Source: Phoronis australis (Eukaryota > Animalia > Phoronida). Taken from it: 64,000 nt of DNA. The position numbers were made by a program, and so were the translations under genes. The stretch is taken from contig NMRA01000008.1 in the NCBI GenBank assembly GCA_002633005.1, positions 1,724,879 to 1,788,878 of the forward strand, read 5' to 3'. This document shows positions 11,201 to 25,000 of this stretch, one piece after another. The notes beneath the pieces were generated by a model that saw only the letters and a program-made list of their open reading frames with translations, was not told the DNA's origin and did no database searches. The stretch's first letter is position 1; each line of letters begins with the position of its first letter.

Positions 11201-14200
11201 TGGAGCTAGAGATAACTCATCTAGACCCACAAGACAGAGGCAGTTGGACGAAAATCAAGACGATGACGATGATTATCAAGAGACTGAGCGTGTGCGACCT
11301 CGCCCAAGGTCACGCAAATTGAATAAAGCTGAAGATAGGGAAAGTTCAATATGTCGTGAAGTGGAAAAAGATCCAATGATGCAAGAAAAAAGAGAGGACG
11401 AAAAAGTAGAGATTAAAATGTAAGGTCAATTCTCAATGGTCTTAAGTTAGCCACTGGATTTGTTATCCTGGTTTGGCGTTCACAGAGTCAAGGGGTCTGT
11501 TTCGTGAAAAGTTACTTTAGACTTAAGACCAAAATTTGGTCGTATGCTGATCCCGCTTCATAATTACACAACAATGGTTTTGTCTTGTAGTTTTGAGCAC
11601 ATCACAGTCTACAAATTATTCATAGAAATAATCTCAGTAGCTAATAGTTATGTCTATGTTTGCGGAGACTTTTCGACTTTTGGTCAAATAAGACTAAATT
11701 TCTGACTTTAATCTTAAGTCCCTTTTTATTAAACAGACCCCTGCAATTAAGTCTGAATGGTCCATCAATCTGCAACACATGACTGTTAGCTTTACTAAGT
11801 GACTGGAAATCTTAGTCTGTTATCTCAAGTGACAAGTCCCTGCCAGTTTTATGCATTCAATGTTTTTGTAAATGAATAAAGTACTTGCCAAAAGTAATCA
11901 AAGACAAAGAAAATCACTCCAAGTTTCTCGTCATGACAGCTGTTGCCTGTGGAATACGTCATCGTAGGAGTGGACCGTAGTGACTGGAAATGGCAAGGAA
12001 TTGATGTTCATAACTTAGGATTTTACGACCAATAATACCCAGTCATTTTCTCTTTAAAAATAGCCATCTGATCATGACGGGAATCTTATTTCGTTCCTTT
12101 GCATTTGGCGTGCACTGTATTGGAAATTTTGTGATGTGGCGAGTGATTGATGTGTTATTTTGTGACGATTGCAGAAGAAAGAAGCCTCAGACACAGGAGC
12201 ACGGTGAGTTAGATGACCTCATAGACAGGATAGCTGCAGTGCAAGATGATGAAGATGCCTTATCCAACACCATGCGCTACATACAGCCTGATAAACAGCA
12301 AAAAGAACGGTAATTACCAAGGCTGTGAAAGACACCACGTGGTTTGCACCAGTCTTGTAATCTTTTCCTCTAACACTATGACCATGGCAATTTCAGCTTT
12401 TTCAGCAGTAGTTTTGTTTGGCCTATAAGGAGGAGTTTCGTTTGGCCTATATAGAGTGAAGTCACTGTCATTGGCTAATTAGTATTCACTCATGCTCTGT
12501 AAACCTCTTCCTGGTAAAGCCCTGCATTTTATGATAATTTATTGTTTTTAAACACTTATAAGAGCTTCTGTTTAAGGGATCGTATGACATCTGTAAGATA
12601 TGCCTCGTGCTTTTCTGCGTACAAGCAAATATGTCGGCATTTGAGTAGGGTATAAGTGTCATGTGGTTTGCAGGTCATTACATTTAGTAATTTGAAGCAA
12701 ATCTTCTGCTCAGCTTGTTCATCAGCTATAAATAACTAAAAGCACATTCAGTTGATCATAATGTTTTTATACATTTTTGTTTGTTGTAGAACATTATAGG
12801 AAAACAGTACAGTTTTACCAGTAGTGTATTAATTGCAAGCTGTTTAATCTGCAAATTTTTGCTCAAAACTACGTGCGCATCATAGACTCCCATCTAGCTT
12901 GACTGTTGCGTTGGGAGACATACATATTTCAACGTCAAGTTTTGATACAAGGCGAGTTTTGCGACATTTCTGATTTACCATGCTGCACCATATCTGAGGT
13001 GGATCTCAAAGGCGGTAAATTCGGTTTGTTAAGTCTCAGCCATCTTTCTCTTTTCTTTGCAAGTTTTTGGTCCTCCAGAAGCATGCGCGTAGTCTCAGTT
13101 TAACTACAATCTCTGTAATAAACTGATCTACCCCAATAAAAGCTTGAGCATGTGTAAAAATGAAATATTTGGACCTTTAAATCTATTGACACGTGTTTCA
13201 GTTCAGCGGAGTCCAGACCACAGAGTGTCGACCTACGCAAACCAAAGCCACAGCCTCGCTATTCACGGCCTAGCACAAGTTCATCTCCTGTGTCAGACGC
13301 AAGTTTTGAGAGTACAGACTGCATCAGACAAGCTGTTTATGATGAATGGTATAAAACTAAACTGCAAAAAATTAAGAAAGATAAACTGGAGAAACAGAAG
13401 AAGGAAAACGAAGAAAATGAAAGGAAGAAAAAGGTAATTATGCATTTCATCGTTTCCTTTTCTTTAAAGTGTGGGTATTTAATAAACAGACAATGGGATA
13501 CACTGATTCTTAGATAAATTTGAAATTATCACGTTTTTCATTTTAAAAAGCAACTCTGCCCCTAATTTTAAACACTGTTAATGTTTTTTTCGTTTCACAA
13601 CCCCAAATTGCTGGAAAAATAACAATTAATTTTCTGGGTACGTAATTCATATAATTTTGCCCATGATTTAAACCCAGTCAAATAAAATCATTTCATGAAT
13701 GACTTGAAATACGGTTGCTGCGTGAGAAAGTCAGCCTAAAGCTCAAACATGACAAAAGGTATTTTTTCACGGTATGTGGCTTAGGAACTGGTGTAGACTA
13801 AATGAGCAAACTTACAGTCCTTGGATTTTTGTAGGAGCATGAGGCAAGTGTTTATGGATAGCCATCGGTCCGAGAAATGTACAACATTACAGTTAACTCA
13901 TTGATGTACATACTCGGAAGGTAGAGTTCTTGATGATAATTTATGCCGTACCAAATACACCACACACACTGTCCCAAAAGATTGCCTGATAGACAAAAGT
14001 GACGATATCCATGAAAAAATTTAAAGTAATGGTTGAGTTCTATGCAAGAAGTCATGCAATTTCACTTGTCGGTGAAAATTGACTGAAAAGTCAGATCTTA
14101 CCTTTTTTAATTGAAGGACACAATGAACACATTGCACACTGGTATAAAAATCAATTTTTGTGACATGTTGTGTTCCCACTATCTTTCATCTTGCCAACTC

Positions 14201-17200
14201 TCATGCGATGACTCTAGAAAATGCTCTGTCCAACATACTTCAACTCGCTCCTCTCTAACAAGCAGACAACTCAACAAATTATGGGATGTGTTGAAGAGTT
14301 GATGCTGCATGAGATATTTCAGGGGCTCGTTCTTGTTTACAGGAAGCTACGGACAAAAAGCTTGAATCTCAAGCGACGTACCAGTCATGGCTAAATACAA
14401 AGAGGGAGACGAGCGATGTAGAATGGAGGAAAAAGAACAAAAAGGCAGAGAATGAAGAAAAACAGAAAATCAGAGAAGCAGAGGAAAAGAAAAAAGATGC
14501 AGAACTGGTAAGTTCAGAAGAATGGCGTTTGTGTCGTTATTGTGATAAAATATGACCTTGCAAAACAATCGACGTACACTGCATGGTTTACAAGATTTGC
14601 TGTTTTTATTGTTATTTTTCCTGCCTGTACAGCTTCAGTACTTAATGATTAATGATTAGATTTGTGGACAGCATGATTACAACAACACACCTTTATCGTA
14701 TAACAACATATCGGACAGGTTGGTGTCTCACTCTGCTGACAATGGAAATGATACTGTACACGTTGCGCAGTTGGCGACAAAATTTATAACGATCTTGTTA
14801 TTATTATTGTTGTTATTATTATTATCATTATTATTATTATTATCATTAGCCACGTGTTATTAGCTCACATGATCACTTTTGTGTTTTTAATCTGAAAGCA
14901 TCAAGAAATAAACAGGAATACATCATGTATCACTAATGTTTGAAACGATTGAAAAAATATGGTCACAAGTAACATACCCATTGAATAGATCACCACAGGT
15001 AAAATGACACACTGATATCTTGATCATTCAAAGAAAAGGTAGCCTTCAAATCGCTGATATATATGCACTTGAAGAATGAAGAAAAGCTATAAGTTCCTAG
15101 GGGCCTATGTCTAAGTGAGCCTAAGCCAAACTATGACTAACCCATCCTCAGTTCACAAATTAACGTTCGTGGCTTAACCGAGATGCTGAAAAAACCTATT
15201 TGCTAATTTCTCTTGTAATGCATGAATTTTAAAAGATCAAATATGGCTGCAACTTACTTTCAATTGTAGAAAACAGTCATGTTGGTGGTTTGCCTTTAGT
15301 TAGTGTTCATTTTTCGACTTTGAAACTCGTACGCTAAACAGGCGTGTTGGTTTACGACCACAATACAAATAATTCATCTATTGAGCTCATGCTTAACAAC
15401 TAGATCACTTCAATCCATGATGGCGCCATCACGCTTTCTGAGGAATTTGCTGGATACTCTGGGGTAAACAGTGTACGCTTTCTCGTCCACTTGCATGCAA
15501 ATCTTGTTAGCATAATATTTGCCTAATGAAATGTACTCGGAGCAAATATAATGCCCATGACATTTAACTTGGACACTCTCATTGCAACATACAAGGATGA
15601 GTACAAAGTTCATTGGAAGACAAATAAAATCTTAGTATTATTATATTTATTAAGTTATTTTGTGGAATATTAACTTCATTAATATATTTTTAGTCTTATA
15701 AGAGCTGGAAAGAAAGGAAAGATGGGGAAATTAAAGAAAAGGCAACTAAAACAAAAAAGGAGTTAAATAAAACACAAAGGGAAAAGGATGATGAAGAAAA
15801 ATCTAAGAAAAAAGGTGCAGCAAGTGCTTATGATGGCTGGTAAGTCTTACATAATGTTATGTAATGTTATATAATGTTATGTAATGTTACATAATGTTAT
15901 GTAATGTTATATAATGGATACAAACCGGGGGAGCAGTTTGTAGACACTTACAAACAAGGCTTCCACCATAATTTTCATTGAGGCAAAAACTGACACAAAT
16001 TGGGGCCGTCACTACTGTAACACCTCCTAGTGGCAGTCTCAGGAACTGTTCAGAGAGCAGTCTGTCTTAAGTTTGAGTCTTGAGTATGGAAGACTGGTAT
16101 TGGGCTGCACTGTAATCTTGATTAAAGTTTAAAGCTGCACTCCTAGAAATTGTTAACACAGCTATGTACTTGCCTACCATTGCGAAAACAACTTTTAATT
16201 TAGATCACTTGTCATGAAATTGGTCTCAAATTATTCCTTAGCCAAACTGGAGGTGATTTCAGTCCTTCAGGTTGACTCGTCACTGTGTGTAGTTTCATGT
16301 TATTAAGGAATAACCAACTCTAAGCTTTTATTCCAAACCCAACAAGTTGCGACTTTTATAGCAATAATTTGTAGAAATCAAAAGTTCGCATCTTTGGTGG
16401 AATTAGGGTTTATGACTTCTTTATTCTGTCCATAAAAACTGAATCAAAAGTAAGAAACTTACCCCTACAAAATTGTTCTCACAAAGACTGATTTGCTCAT
16501 TGGGATAGGATCGTTTGTCACACGCAAAACATATGCAAGACTCATTCAACAATGCTTCTGAAAATCAAAGGCTGGCCAACCGGCAGCTTTGAGTAGCCAG
16601 TGTGGCCTTACTCAATGTCGTGGGTTCAAGTCCCACTGGGCCACACTGCTAGACCCTTGAGTCAGGTCTCTATCTCCTCAGCTCGGTTTTAACTATTCCT
16701 GTAGATTTATTTCATGTAACAGGCCTCCGGCTCACATTACAGTATATAACACAAAGAGAGTACAATAATTTTTCAAGTCTAAATTAATTCATATCAAGGA
16801 ACTCATTTCGACGTTTCTCCGCATTACTTAAATATCGAGCAACTTTTCTCAGAACATTTAAGTCATGAGTCTGTAGAAAATTTCTGAATACTATATCTTC
16901 CACCTTACCGCACCTTGGCAAAAACCGCATTCGTAAATCCGAATATGAATTGCATATATATATTAATAAAGCATAAAAATTGTTCCAGGTAATCAGTGTA
17001 ATGGGCCCACCTGAGGGGCCTGCGTACAACGTGTACCAGACCACCTGCTATTATGTTTTATAATCAGCACCTTTGTAAGACATTCATTACAACCAAATAT
17101 TATTATACGGGTTACAACGTGCTCTTGCTGGAACTTTCTAAAATATTTGTTGTAGCCAAATCTTCCTAAAACCAGAAAGCACTGTTGAGTTGAGACTTGT

Positions 17201-18976
17201 TGAATGGATCGTCATAAGCTAGCAAACGTTATAAATCTGGTTCATTGTAATGTGATTTCAACTGAAGTTTATAGTGACTGTGTATGAGATTATTATAAAA
17301 TATGAATCATGAGTTTATTATGTCCCAGTAATAAACTATGACATGTTTATATTGATATACTTTCCATGCACAGTGGCCTTTAGATTGGAAATTTAAGCCT
17401 ATGTCATAAGAGTTACTACTAGGGGTCATTTCCAAAACTCAAAAATCCATTTAGCCAGCATGTTTCTGTGAGCATTAAAAATGTCAAGTGTATTATTTTT
17501 TATACATGTTTAAGGAAACACAGTACGTGCAAGAAGTATGCAGACAAATGACCTGGAATTCCCCCATCGTGATGGCTGGGCAGAAGCCGAATTCACAGTC
17601 AGCATGAGGAGACGGCGTGGCTCAGTGGTTTGAGCTTTGGACTCCTGTTTGGGAGACCAGAGTTCAAATCCTGGCCTCACTGGCTGATAATTGAACATTA
17701 CACAAATGTTTCTCCTACTCCTCTGAGCTCGGTCTTACTAGTGAGTGTAGGCAAGGGAGTGAATGAGAACCTGGATATAATGCCAAAGTGATTTCGGGGA
17801 CTGGGCTTATATTTAAAAAAGCGTGGTTTTCCCCAGTGACCCAGAAAGAAGGGAACAGGAAACTTGGTCATGTGACTATGGAATTGTGTTAATAATTGTG
17901 ATTTTGCCCCTATGATACTTATTACTTGTCATTTTTACTGTTAACCCAATGAACTGTCACGATGGGGAAGTGGTATTTTGTCTGTATTTTGTCTTGCACT
18001 GTTGTCGAAGAACCGTTGATTACCAGTCACTAAGGTACAGTACTAAAACAAGTTTATGTCATCTTTTTGTACTTGAATTTTCTGTTCTGTAGGAAAAAGA
18101 AGAAGGATGACCTTCTTAAACAGAAAACCATGGAAGATAGAAAGACAAAGAAGGAAGAATTAAAGGAACTGGAAGCTACGCGAAAGCAAAGAGAAAAAGA
18201 AGCTGATGACACTTATGAAACTTGGATGGAGAAAAAGGTGAAGCTTCAATAAATTTTGAGTACATTTCTATAATTTAAAAGTAGAACTGCTGTAAGTAGG
18301 ATCCAACTGGACCGAGAGGTTTCATATGAATGTGGTGATATACAACTTAGCTTGAGGCTAGTGTGCACAAACTAGAACACCTGTGCTGGTGAACTTTGTC
18401 CCAGTCACTTTTTGGGCACAGCTATTCAAAACCAAATGGGGGTAATAAAACATCTCTCTAATGAGCCACGACCATAAAGCCTTAGTTTGCTAAGCTATGT
18501 CAACTAAACACCTGGTCCAGTCAAATTCGAAAGGCTGATTGTCTGTGATGACATCCAATGTACAATCTTGGGGCACTTAACCTCCTCAAAACCAAATGTA
18601 TGCGAAAACCCAATTATGCTCATTCGACTTGCGTGAGTTTTACTGACTGTGCTTTATTTTTTTCTAGAATGCGTTAACTTGGAAAGTGTGGCTGACTTGC
18701 TGTAGCGAATTCCTTATGCCTTGCAAACTGGAAAAGCCTGTGCTTTTCCCTGTAATTGTAGGAAAATGTAAATGAAGTCTGAGCGAAACTCAGTACAATT
18801 TAGTTTTTGAGACTATCTTTAGTTAACAAGTGTGATATTGAGGAAAACGTTTATCCTTTAAGGAAAACCAACACCGTAAAGAGAAAATTGAAAGAAGAAG
18901 AAATAAGCTTATTGAAGCAGAGAACCCAAGACCAGCATGGAGTCCTGCTAACAAGACAATTCCATTCAGGAAATAG
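8220..18976 (+). CDS. MAP9: Microtubule-associated protein 9 (ASAP)-like, ~763 aa
   Basis: Exons 8220-8379, 8588-8741, 9365-9475, 10490-11419, 12175-12309, 13202-13433, 14343-14507, 15694-15839, 18093-18237, 18863-18976; all GT-AG and in phase. N-terminal KTSFQEELAA, a Ser/Pro/Arg-rich disordered middle, then IRQAVYDEW followed by K/E-rich helical repeats with periodic Y-x-x-W, and a C-terminal RPAWSPANKTIPF. This matches MAP9 architecture as I recall it. Confidence 0.85.
11491..11742. mobile_element. PIF/Harbinger-like MITE in a MAP9 intron
   Basis: Terminal inverted repeats aggggtctgttt...gacttaaga and tcttaagtc...aaacagacccct. Confidence 0.65.
14797..14848. repeat. (TTA)n microsatellite
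   Basis: Direct inspection. Confidence 0.85.
15846..15916. repeat. 10-bp tandem repeat (ATAATGTTAT/GTAATGTTAT), ~7 copies, right after a MAP9 donor site
   Basis: Direct inspection. Confidence 0.85.
16700..16990 (-). mobile_element. Degenerate LINE 3' end (ORF2 C-terminus)
   Basis: Minus-strand translation ICNSYSDLRMRFLP...LRKVARYLSNAEKRR resembles the C-x-x-Y-x-DLR tail of CR1/L2-group ORF2. It is followed by a short tail containing AATAAA. Confidence 0.45.
17606..17900 (+). mobile_element. tRNA-derived SINE
   Basis: A box TGGCTCAGTGG and B box GTTCAAATCC at tRNA spacing, no intact cloverleaf, followed by a ~200-bp body. The right boundary is approximate. Confidence 0.6.
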
Positions 18977-20378
18977 CCAAGTGCTGAACGTGATACTCAA
19001 AGTCATTTTTTATTCTTCATTATGCATTCCACAAGGTGACGCTTGTCCAGGAATGGTTTGGATTTCAAGTTTTTGTCTGTCAATCAGAGTATTATTGAAG
19101 TCATGAATATGGTCTTCTCGGTCAACAGTGTTGGTCGTGCCTTGTGCGTACGATCACACATTTGTCTGTTGAAAATATGCAGAGTTGGCCATCCATGTGC
19201 TGTTGTCTATTACGAAATTGATTTTTACCAATTTCCAGGAATCGAAGTGTTCTAAGCTATTCACATAATGGCCTTGGTGTAGGCTTTGTCCATCCAATAC
19301 TTCATCTCTTTTGTCATTGGTCATTCATTACCAACTCATTGTGTCTGTTGTGCTTTACAACTGAAGACTATATAAACTACTCTTGATTTTTCATCTCACT
19401 AAACCCAAAAGAATGGCTTAAAAACGATCGTGTATAGACTAAGTCCTAACCTTTAGTTTTGTCAAACCCGTCTGGAAAACCAGCGTCTTGGTCGGAGTCT
19501 TTACTTTCTAGTTGTTATCAGGAGTTAGTAAATCAATGAAAGTGTCATCCTTTAGATTAAATTTGTTAATTTCGCTAACTGCAGCTCATTCACTGTTTGG
19601 TTAGTTTTGATTGTGTGGGCAGTGCAGTTTGTTTTGAAGAATATTTTGTTCATCGTCTAATTTTGTCTCTTGTTGTCCAATTTCTGGATTTTTACGTTGC
19701 TGATGCTATAGTAGGAATGTTGATATTGTTTTCTTTTATCTTGTTGGCAGTGTACAACCTACTTGGTTTAGAAGTTGGTTGCACTGTATATATTTCTGAA
19801 TGATTGCATTTAATTTTATCTTGTGAAACCGTTTCTTATCAAATTAAAATGACCCGTATAGTCATCTTTTTCTTATTAATAAAAACTTTGCAGGGAAATT
19901 ATTTATGTTGCATAGTTAAAATATGTACATGTGTGTTGTGTAGAAGTCAGTTGCTTGTTATAGTTTTAATTTGTTTGCTTTTAGGTAATTTTGCTAAGCA
20001 TTCAACAGGTCAACAGGCTGAACTTAGTTTAATAATTTTGTCTTATGGGAACTTTCACTGCTGCTTGCAGTTGTCCGGTCTTAGCCCAGAGGGTCGTAGG
20101 CATGATATTGCAAATCTGGCGCTGCGTTTGTTTCAACGTAATGTTAAGTTGATCATTTTTCACATTTAAACTAAATGACCACCTTCACAAGTCATGTTAT
20201 GAAATTTTTCCAAAAAAATTGAAGTTACAAAAGTCTTAGCTAAGGTTGGACTTATGTTTGATATAATTGGACTGTGATGTTTTAGGTGATTTTTTCAACA
20301 TCCATAATTTAATACATTTCATTCTATTTCTGTATGTAGTGGTATATATTGAAATCCTTTCATTCCACCCCCATTAGT

Positions 20379-21172
20379 TCTTCATATACTGGCTTGTTTG
20401 TATTGTATACCCCTTCATGGTTGTATCTGAAATAGTCAAATACCATTGCTTGTCTTCACATACTGGCTTGTTTGTATTGTATACCCCTTCATGGTTGTAT
20501 CTGAAATAGTCAAATACCATTGCTTGTCTTCACATACTGGCTTGTTTGTATTGTATACCCCTTCATGGTTGTATCTGAAATAGTCAAATACCATTGCTTG
20601 TCTTCACATACTGGCTTGTTTGTATTGTATACCCCTTCATGGTTGTATCTGAAATAGTCAAATACNNNNNNNNNNNNNNNNNNNNNNNNNNNNNNNNNNN
20701 NNNNNNNNNNNNNNNNNNNNNNNNNNNNNNNNNNNNNNNNNNNNNNNNNNNNNNNNNNNNNNNNNNNNNNNNNNNNNNNNNNNNNNNNNNNNNNNNNNNN
20801 NNNNNNNNNNNNNNNNNNNNNNNNNNNNNNNNNNNNNNNNNNNNNNNNNNNNNNNNNNNNNNNNNNNNNNNNNNNNNNNNNNNNNTCTTCATATACTGGC
20901 TTGTTTGTATTGTATACCCCTTCATGGTTGTATCTGAAATAGTCAAATACCATTGCTTGTCTTCATATACTGGCTTGTTTGTATTGTATACCCCTTCATG
21001 GTTGTATCTGAAATAGTCAAATACCATTGCTTGTCTTCATATACTGGCTTGTTTGTATTGTATACCCCTTCATGGTTGTATCTGAAATAGTCAAATACCA
21101 TTGCTTGCCTTCATATACTGGCTTGTATGTATATTTTCCCCTTCATGGTTGTATCTGATATAGTCCATTACC
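20379..21172. repeat. 74-bp tandem repeat (minisatellite) interrupted by an assembly gap (N 20666-20885)
   Basis: Unit tcttcatatactggcttgtttgtattgtataccccttcatggttgtatctgaaatagtcaaataccattgcttg. About 4 near-identical copies on each side of the gap; the last copy is diverged. Confidence 0.95.
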
Positions 21173-22083
21173 ACCGGTTGTTGTACTTAAATTGCAATCT
21201 TGATGCAGCCGCCCATTGAAGTTGCATTATATGCCGTGACTCTGGCACAATTTTTAAGAAATAAATGATCCGTCTGTTATATGTGCCTGTATTTAGTTTT
21301 ACTCGTCTTAAGCTAAAACTATTGAACGAAACATTGGGAGGAACTTGTATTGTGTTTTTCTACACATTCCGCCATATGCAACAATGGAAAGCTTAGTACT
21401 TAAATCAGTGGTGGCAAGTGGTCCCACTGGATACACGACCTCTACTGCCACCTGGTGAGACACACGACAATCATAAGTGTAATCATTGTGCAACAGTAAG
21501 TGGCACATGGGAGCACAAGTGAAACTTTTTATGGAGCAGAGGTTTTTTCTTTGGCATTTTGCCCAAAGTGAAAGGCTTAATAGCAAGTCTTAATTGTTCC
21601 AATTTCAGAAACCTCAATTAAATATGGGAGACGGCTACTATTTTTTGATGTCACACATTTGATTTCTGACAAAATGAGGATATTCCCAATGTCTAGGCCA
21701 AATTTTCCGTTTCTTTACATGGGACTACAAGGTGCAAGGTTGACTACTGGCACCTAGCAAAAGGGGCGTTACTGAGATAAAATGAGCATATAAATAGATT
21801 CTTAACTCAACCATATTGTGACATATGCTAATTATCATTTTTAGAGATGAAAGTTAATCCACCAACATTATCACATTTTACAGGTTTTCTCAAAAAACAC
21901 CTGTACACAACTCAGTGGTGCTACCATGTTTTGCATGGGTTACTAGTTGCCATGAGTAACTACAGTTATTCATTAGGTGGTGCTACTTGAAAAAGGACTT
22001 CCTTTTAATATCTGAACACTGCGAACAGGAATCCCAGTTTACAAGAAATAAATGAAGTGACGGCTGGATGATACGTGTCTGCG

Positions 22084-25000
22084 TCACACCCACAATCTTT
22101 TCTTCACAATATACAGCACCGTTGCACAAAAGAATGCCAGAGCAAGAAATATGAGGAGTTTATCAGTGAGTTCTCTCCTGTTGTATTTGGTCAGTAATTT
22201 CCGGGCATTTGTAATGTGTCCCGTCATGTCCTTGAACTCTTCGTTTGTTTCCGACACTGTCTTGGACGAGGAGGCTGGAAATAATTAAGAATACTCTGTC
22301 AGTCTTTTCAAACAAACAAATTTTTATGAATTCTACAACTACAGTGCGTTTAAATGATTTTAAAGGGACGTCATCAGTTTTACTGGTGAAAAAATCATTT
22401 TTGGGATTAATGTTGGATGGGATAGATTTCTTGATGTTATTAGATTTAACCATACCAATAAAACAACAAAGTCCTTTATTTCTGTGATTTTATAACAAAT
22501 CACCGTTGTCTGCCATACATTTGCTGAAAGCAAGGCCAGTGTCCTCACCATTAAAATACACTTAAAATACTGTGCCATTTAACGAGTAAGATTTTGGTCT
22601 GCGGCAGAGTATTAGGTTGCCACTGCGGAGGTAACGAGTTCAATTCCACACCACAGCTCATTTCAGAAAAATTTGATTTTCTCACCAATAATGTCCCTTC
22701 GTAAAATTCTAAGCCACTATGCGAACTATTTACCCCCTCTAAGCCAAAAATGGGTACTTAGTGGATTTCACGTATCATCTCGGGTGGATGATGAGGGACT
22801 GCTGTCTTAGGTAGGGGTTTTCATGTTGTCCTGGGAACCTATTTTTTCCAGCTACAAAAGTATTGCATTGGTCTAAATTGTGATTGTGTGGCAATACATC
22901 ATCACCCATTATTTGAGAGAACCCCGCGGGCACACTTAGCATCTGGTACCATTCTAATTTTCCTCCCTGATTAAGACTGAAGCAATCTCAACGAAGGGTT
23001 TCTTTCACGAAGAACTGAGAACTTCTGCCAAGGGTACTGAGAGCAATAGGTCATTTGCCAGGCCAACAAATTTGACAACTTGAATTTCTCCTATCTTAGG
23101 ACCACATCATCTACACCTCAAGTGGTCAAATCCCTGTCCAGCACATAGTCAATAACTTACACAATGCAGTGACTGTTTGCTCGCTGTGCTTGACTTGAGA
23201 CGCCATCATTTGACCAATGGCCATGAGTTGATCTGTCACATTGGCAGAGGTTTTCACCAGCTTTTCCTTTGAAACTTGCTTCCTGTCAACGACACAATTA
23301 TGAATTCTAACATTCGAGAATAGATCCAAAATGCAGAGACTAGTTTCTTTAACTTGTCCAAGTTCACTATGAGGAGTAAAACGTCACTAATTGACATGAC
23401 AACGACAAAAACATGTCTGAGTGAAGCCACCGATGACTTCCTGATCTTTGAACACAACCTCGGCAGTTGGTTTTCAAATTTTCAATACTCAAATGAGAGG
23501 TGATTTCAGCACACCCAATGAACTGGCAGTTCATTATTGCTTGAGACCAGACTCCACCAGTTGGTTTGTCAAGGCATGTCGTTTTATCCATTAAGCACGG
23601 TCTTATGACAGTTTCTTGAAAACCCAGAAATCATTTCTCATGAAGGAATGGAACACGTTGAGATCAATTTTACAATTGTAATTAATCTAAATCAAAAGTT
23701 TACTTCATAGACCAAAAGTAGGTAATAAATGTATATAGATGCCTCAAGTCAGTAAAACATGATAATTGTTTTACCCATAGGTTTACCACATGATGAGCAC
23801 ATACTTATACAAACCTCAAATTTCTTAACATCATTTACTAACATCAAATTTGGTTTAAAAATACCAAAAGTCAATTCCAGTACATTCAAATTACTGTTGA
23901 CCGAGTCATGGTTCCACAACAGAGGAGCTTTGTAAAGAACAGACAACCTTTTACTTACATGACCTCGAACTTATAATGAAGAACTAATCAGTGCCACCTG
24001 GCGACATATAAAACAATTATACCTCTCTCGCAACTGTGAGTCGCCGTCAGCCAACAGTTCTTCTTTCTGACGTTTTTCTATCGTAGCTTGGCACGACAAG
24101 TTGGCCTTACGCACAGCAGCTTGTGTGCTGAAAAGAAATCTCACCAATTTCAGACAAAAATAAGTAGTCAAAAATGCTCTTTTTATTTTTCAAGGGCTTC
24201 TAACACTGTTGCAAAGGTGCAAATTATTCAAAACTTTGTCTGGTGGTAACTGTGCTGCGGAACGTGAACATAGAATATCATTTGATTTGGAGCAACATGT
24301 GGTTCGAGGAAAAAATGCCGCCCATATTGTGTCCTAAAGTGGAAATTTTTTGGCATTTCATTTGTTTTGGTAACAATCAAACCTGTGTAGTGTGATCTGC
24401 AAATAAAGGGATTGTATGGGATTAGATAAATGGTAAAGTACAACTAAGTGAGGAAAGTAAATCGTTTCGACTTTCAGACAACTTGAGCTCTGCCTAAGCA
24501 CGTAATTAACCCCACATGCCCTTATGAAAAGCTGTACCTATACCCTAAAAGTTTGAGAAAAATGAGACGCAGTTGTAACAGAATGTTCAAGAAGATTGAG
24601 TTATTCTTTACAGTTTACATGACAGTAAGATTTCAGTTTAAGATAATGTATCTAAGTGTTAGTGCAGAAATAACCTGAAGGACAAACATACAAAGAATCT
24701 CCACAACAATCATGGCACACGACTCTTATCTATCAGACGAGTCAAGTTTAGGCAAATCCACAAACTTAAGGTGCAAATGTTTAAGGAAAAATTATTTTTT
24801 GAATAAAAATTTCAAATGCAGAGGCATGAACCAAAATCTGTGCCTATTTGCTGTTTCTCTCTAAATTTGAATCAACTGCTAAAAGCTAGGTTAGGATCAG
24901 TTTACCCAAAAAACTGTATAAGTTAGCCAAAAACAATGTGATTGAATTTGAATCGATTGTTTTCAATTGAGATATGTTTACCATAAATGTGTTTCCATCA

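Noticed and set aside
17606-17680. tRNA gene (also tRNA-like bits at ~16600, ~22620, ~30170, ~34300)
   Set aside because: A/B boxes are present but the acceptor and anticodon stems do not pair; best explained as SINE heads.
20510-21027. ORFs of 140-147 aa spanning the N gap
   Set aside because: Artefacts of translating the 74-bp repeat and Ns.
20379-21172. Possible CRISPR array
   Set aside because: Units are contiguous with no unique spacers, there are no cas genes, and the context is eukaryotic. The same applies to the 31-bp repeat at 25294.
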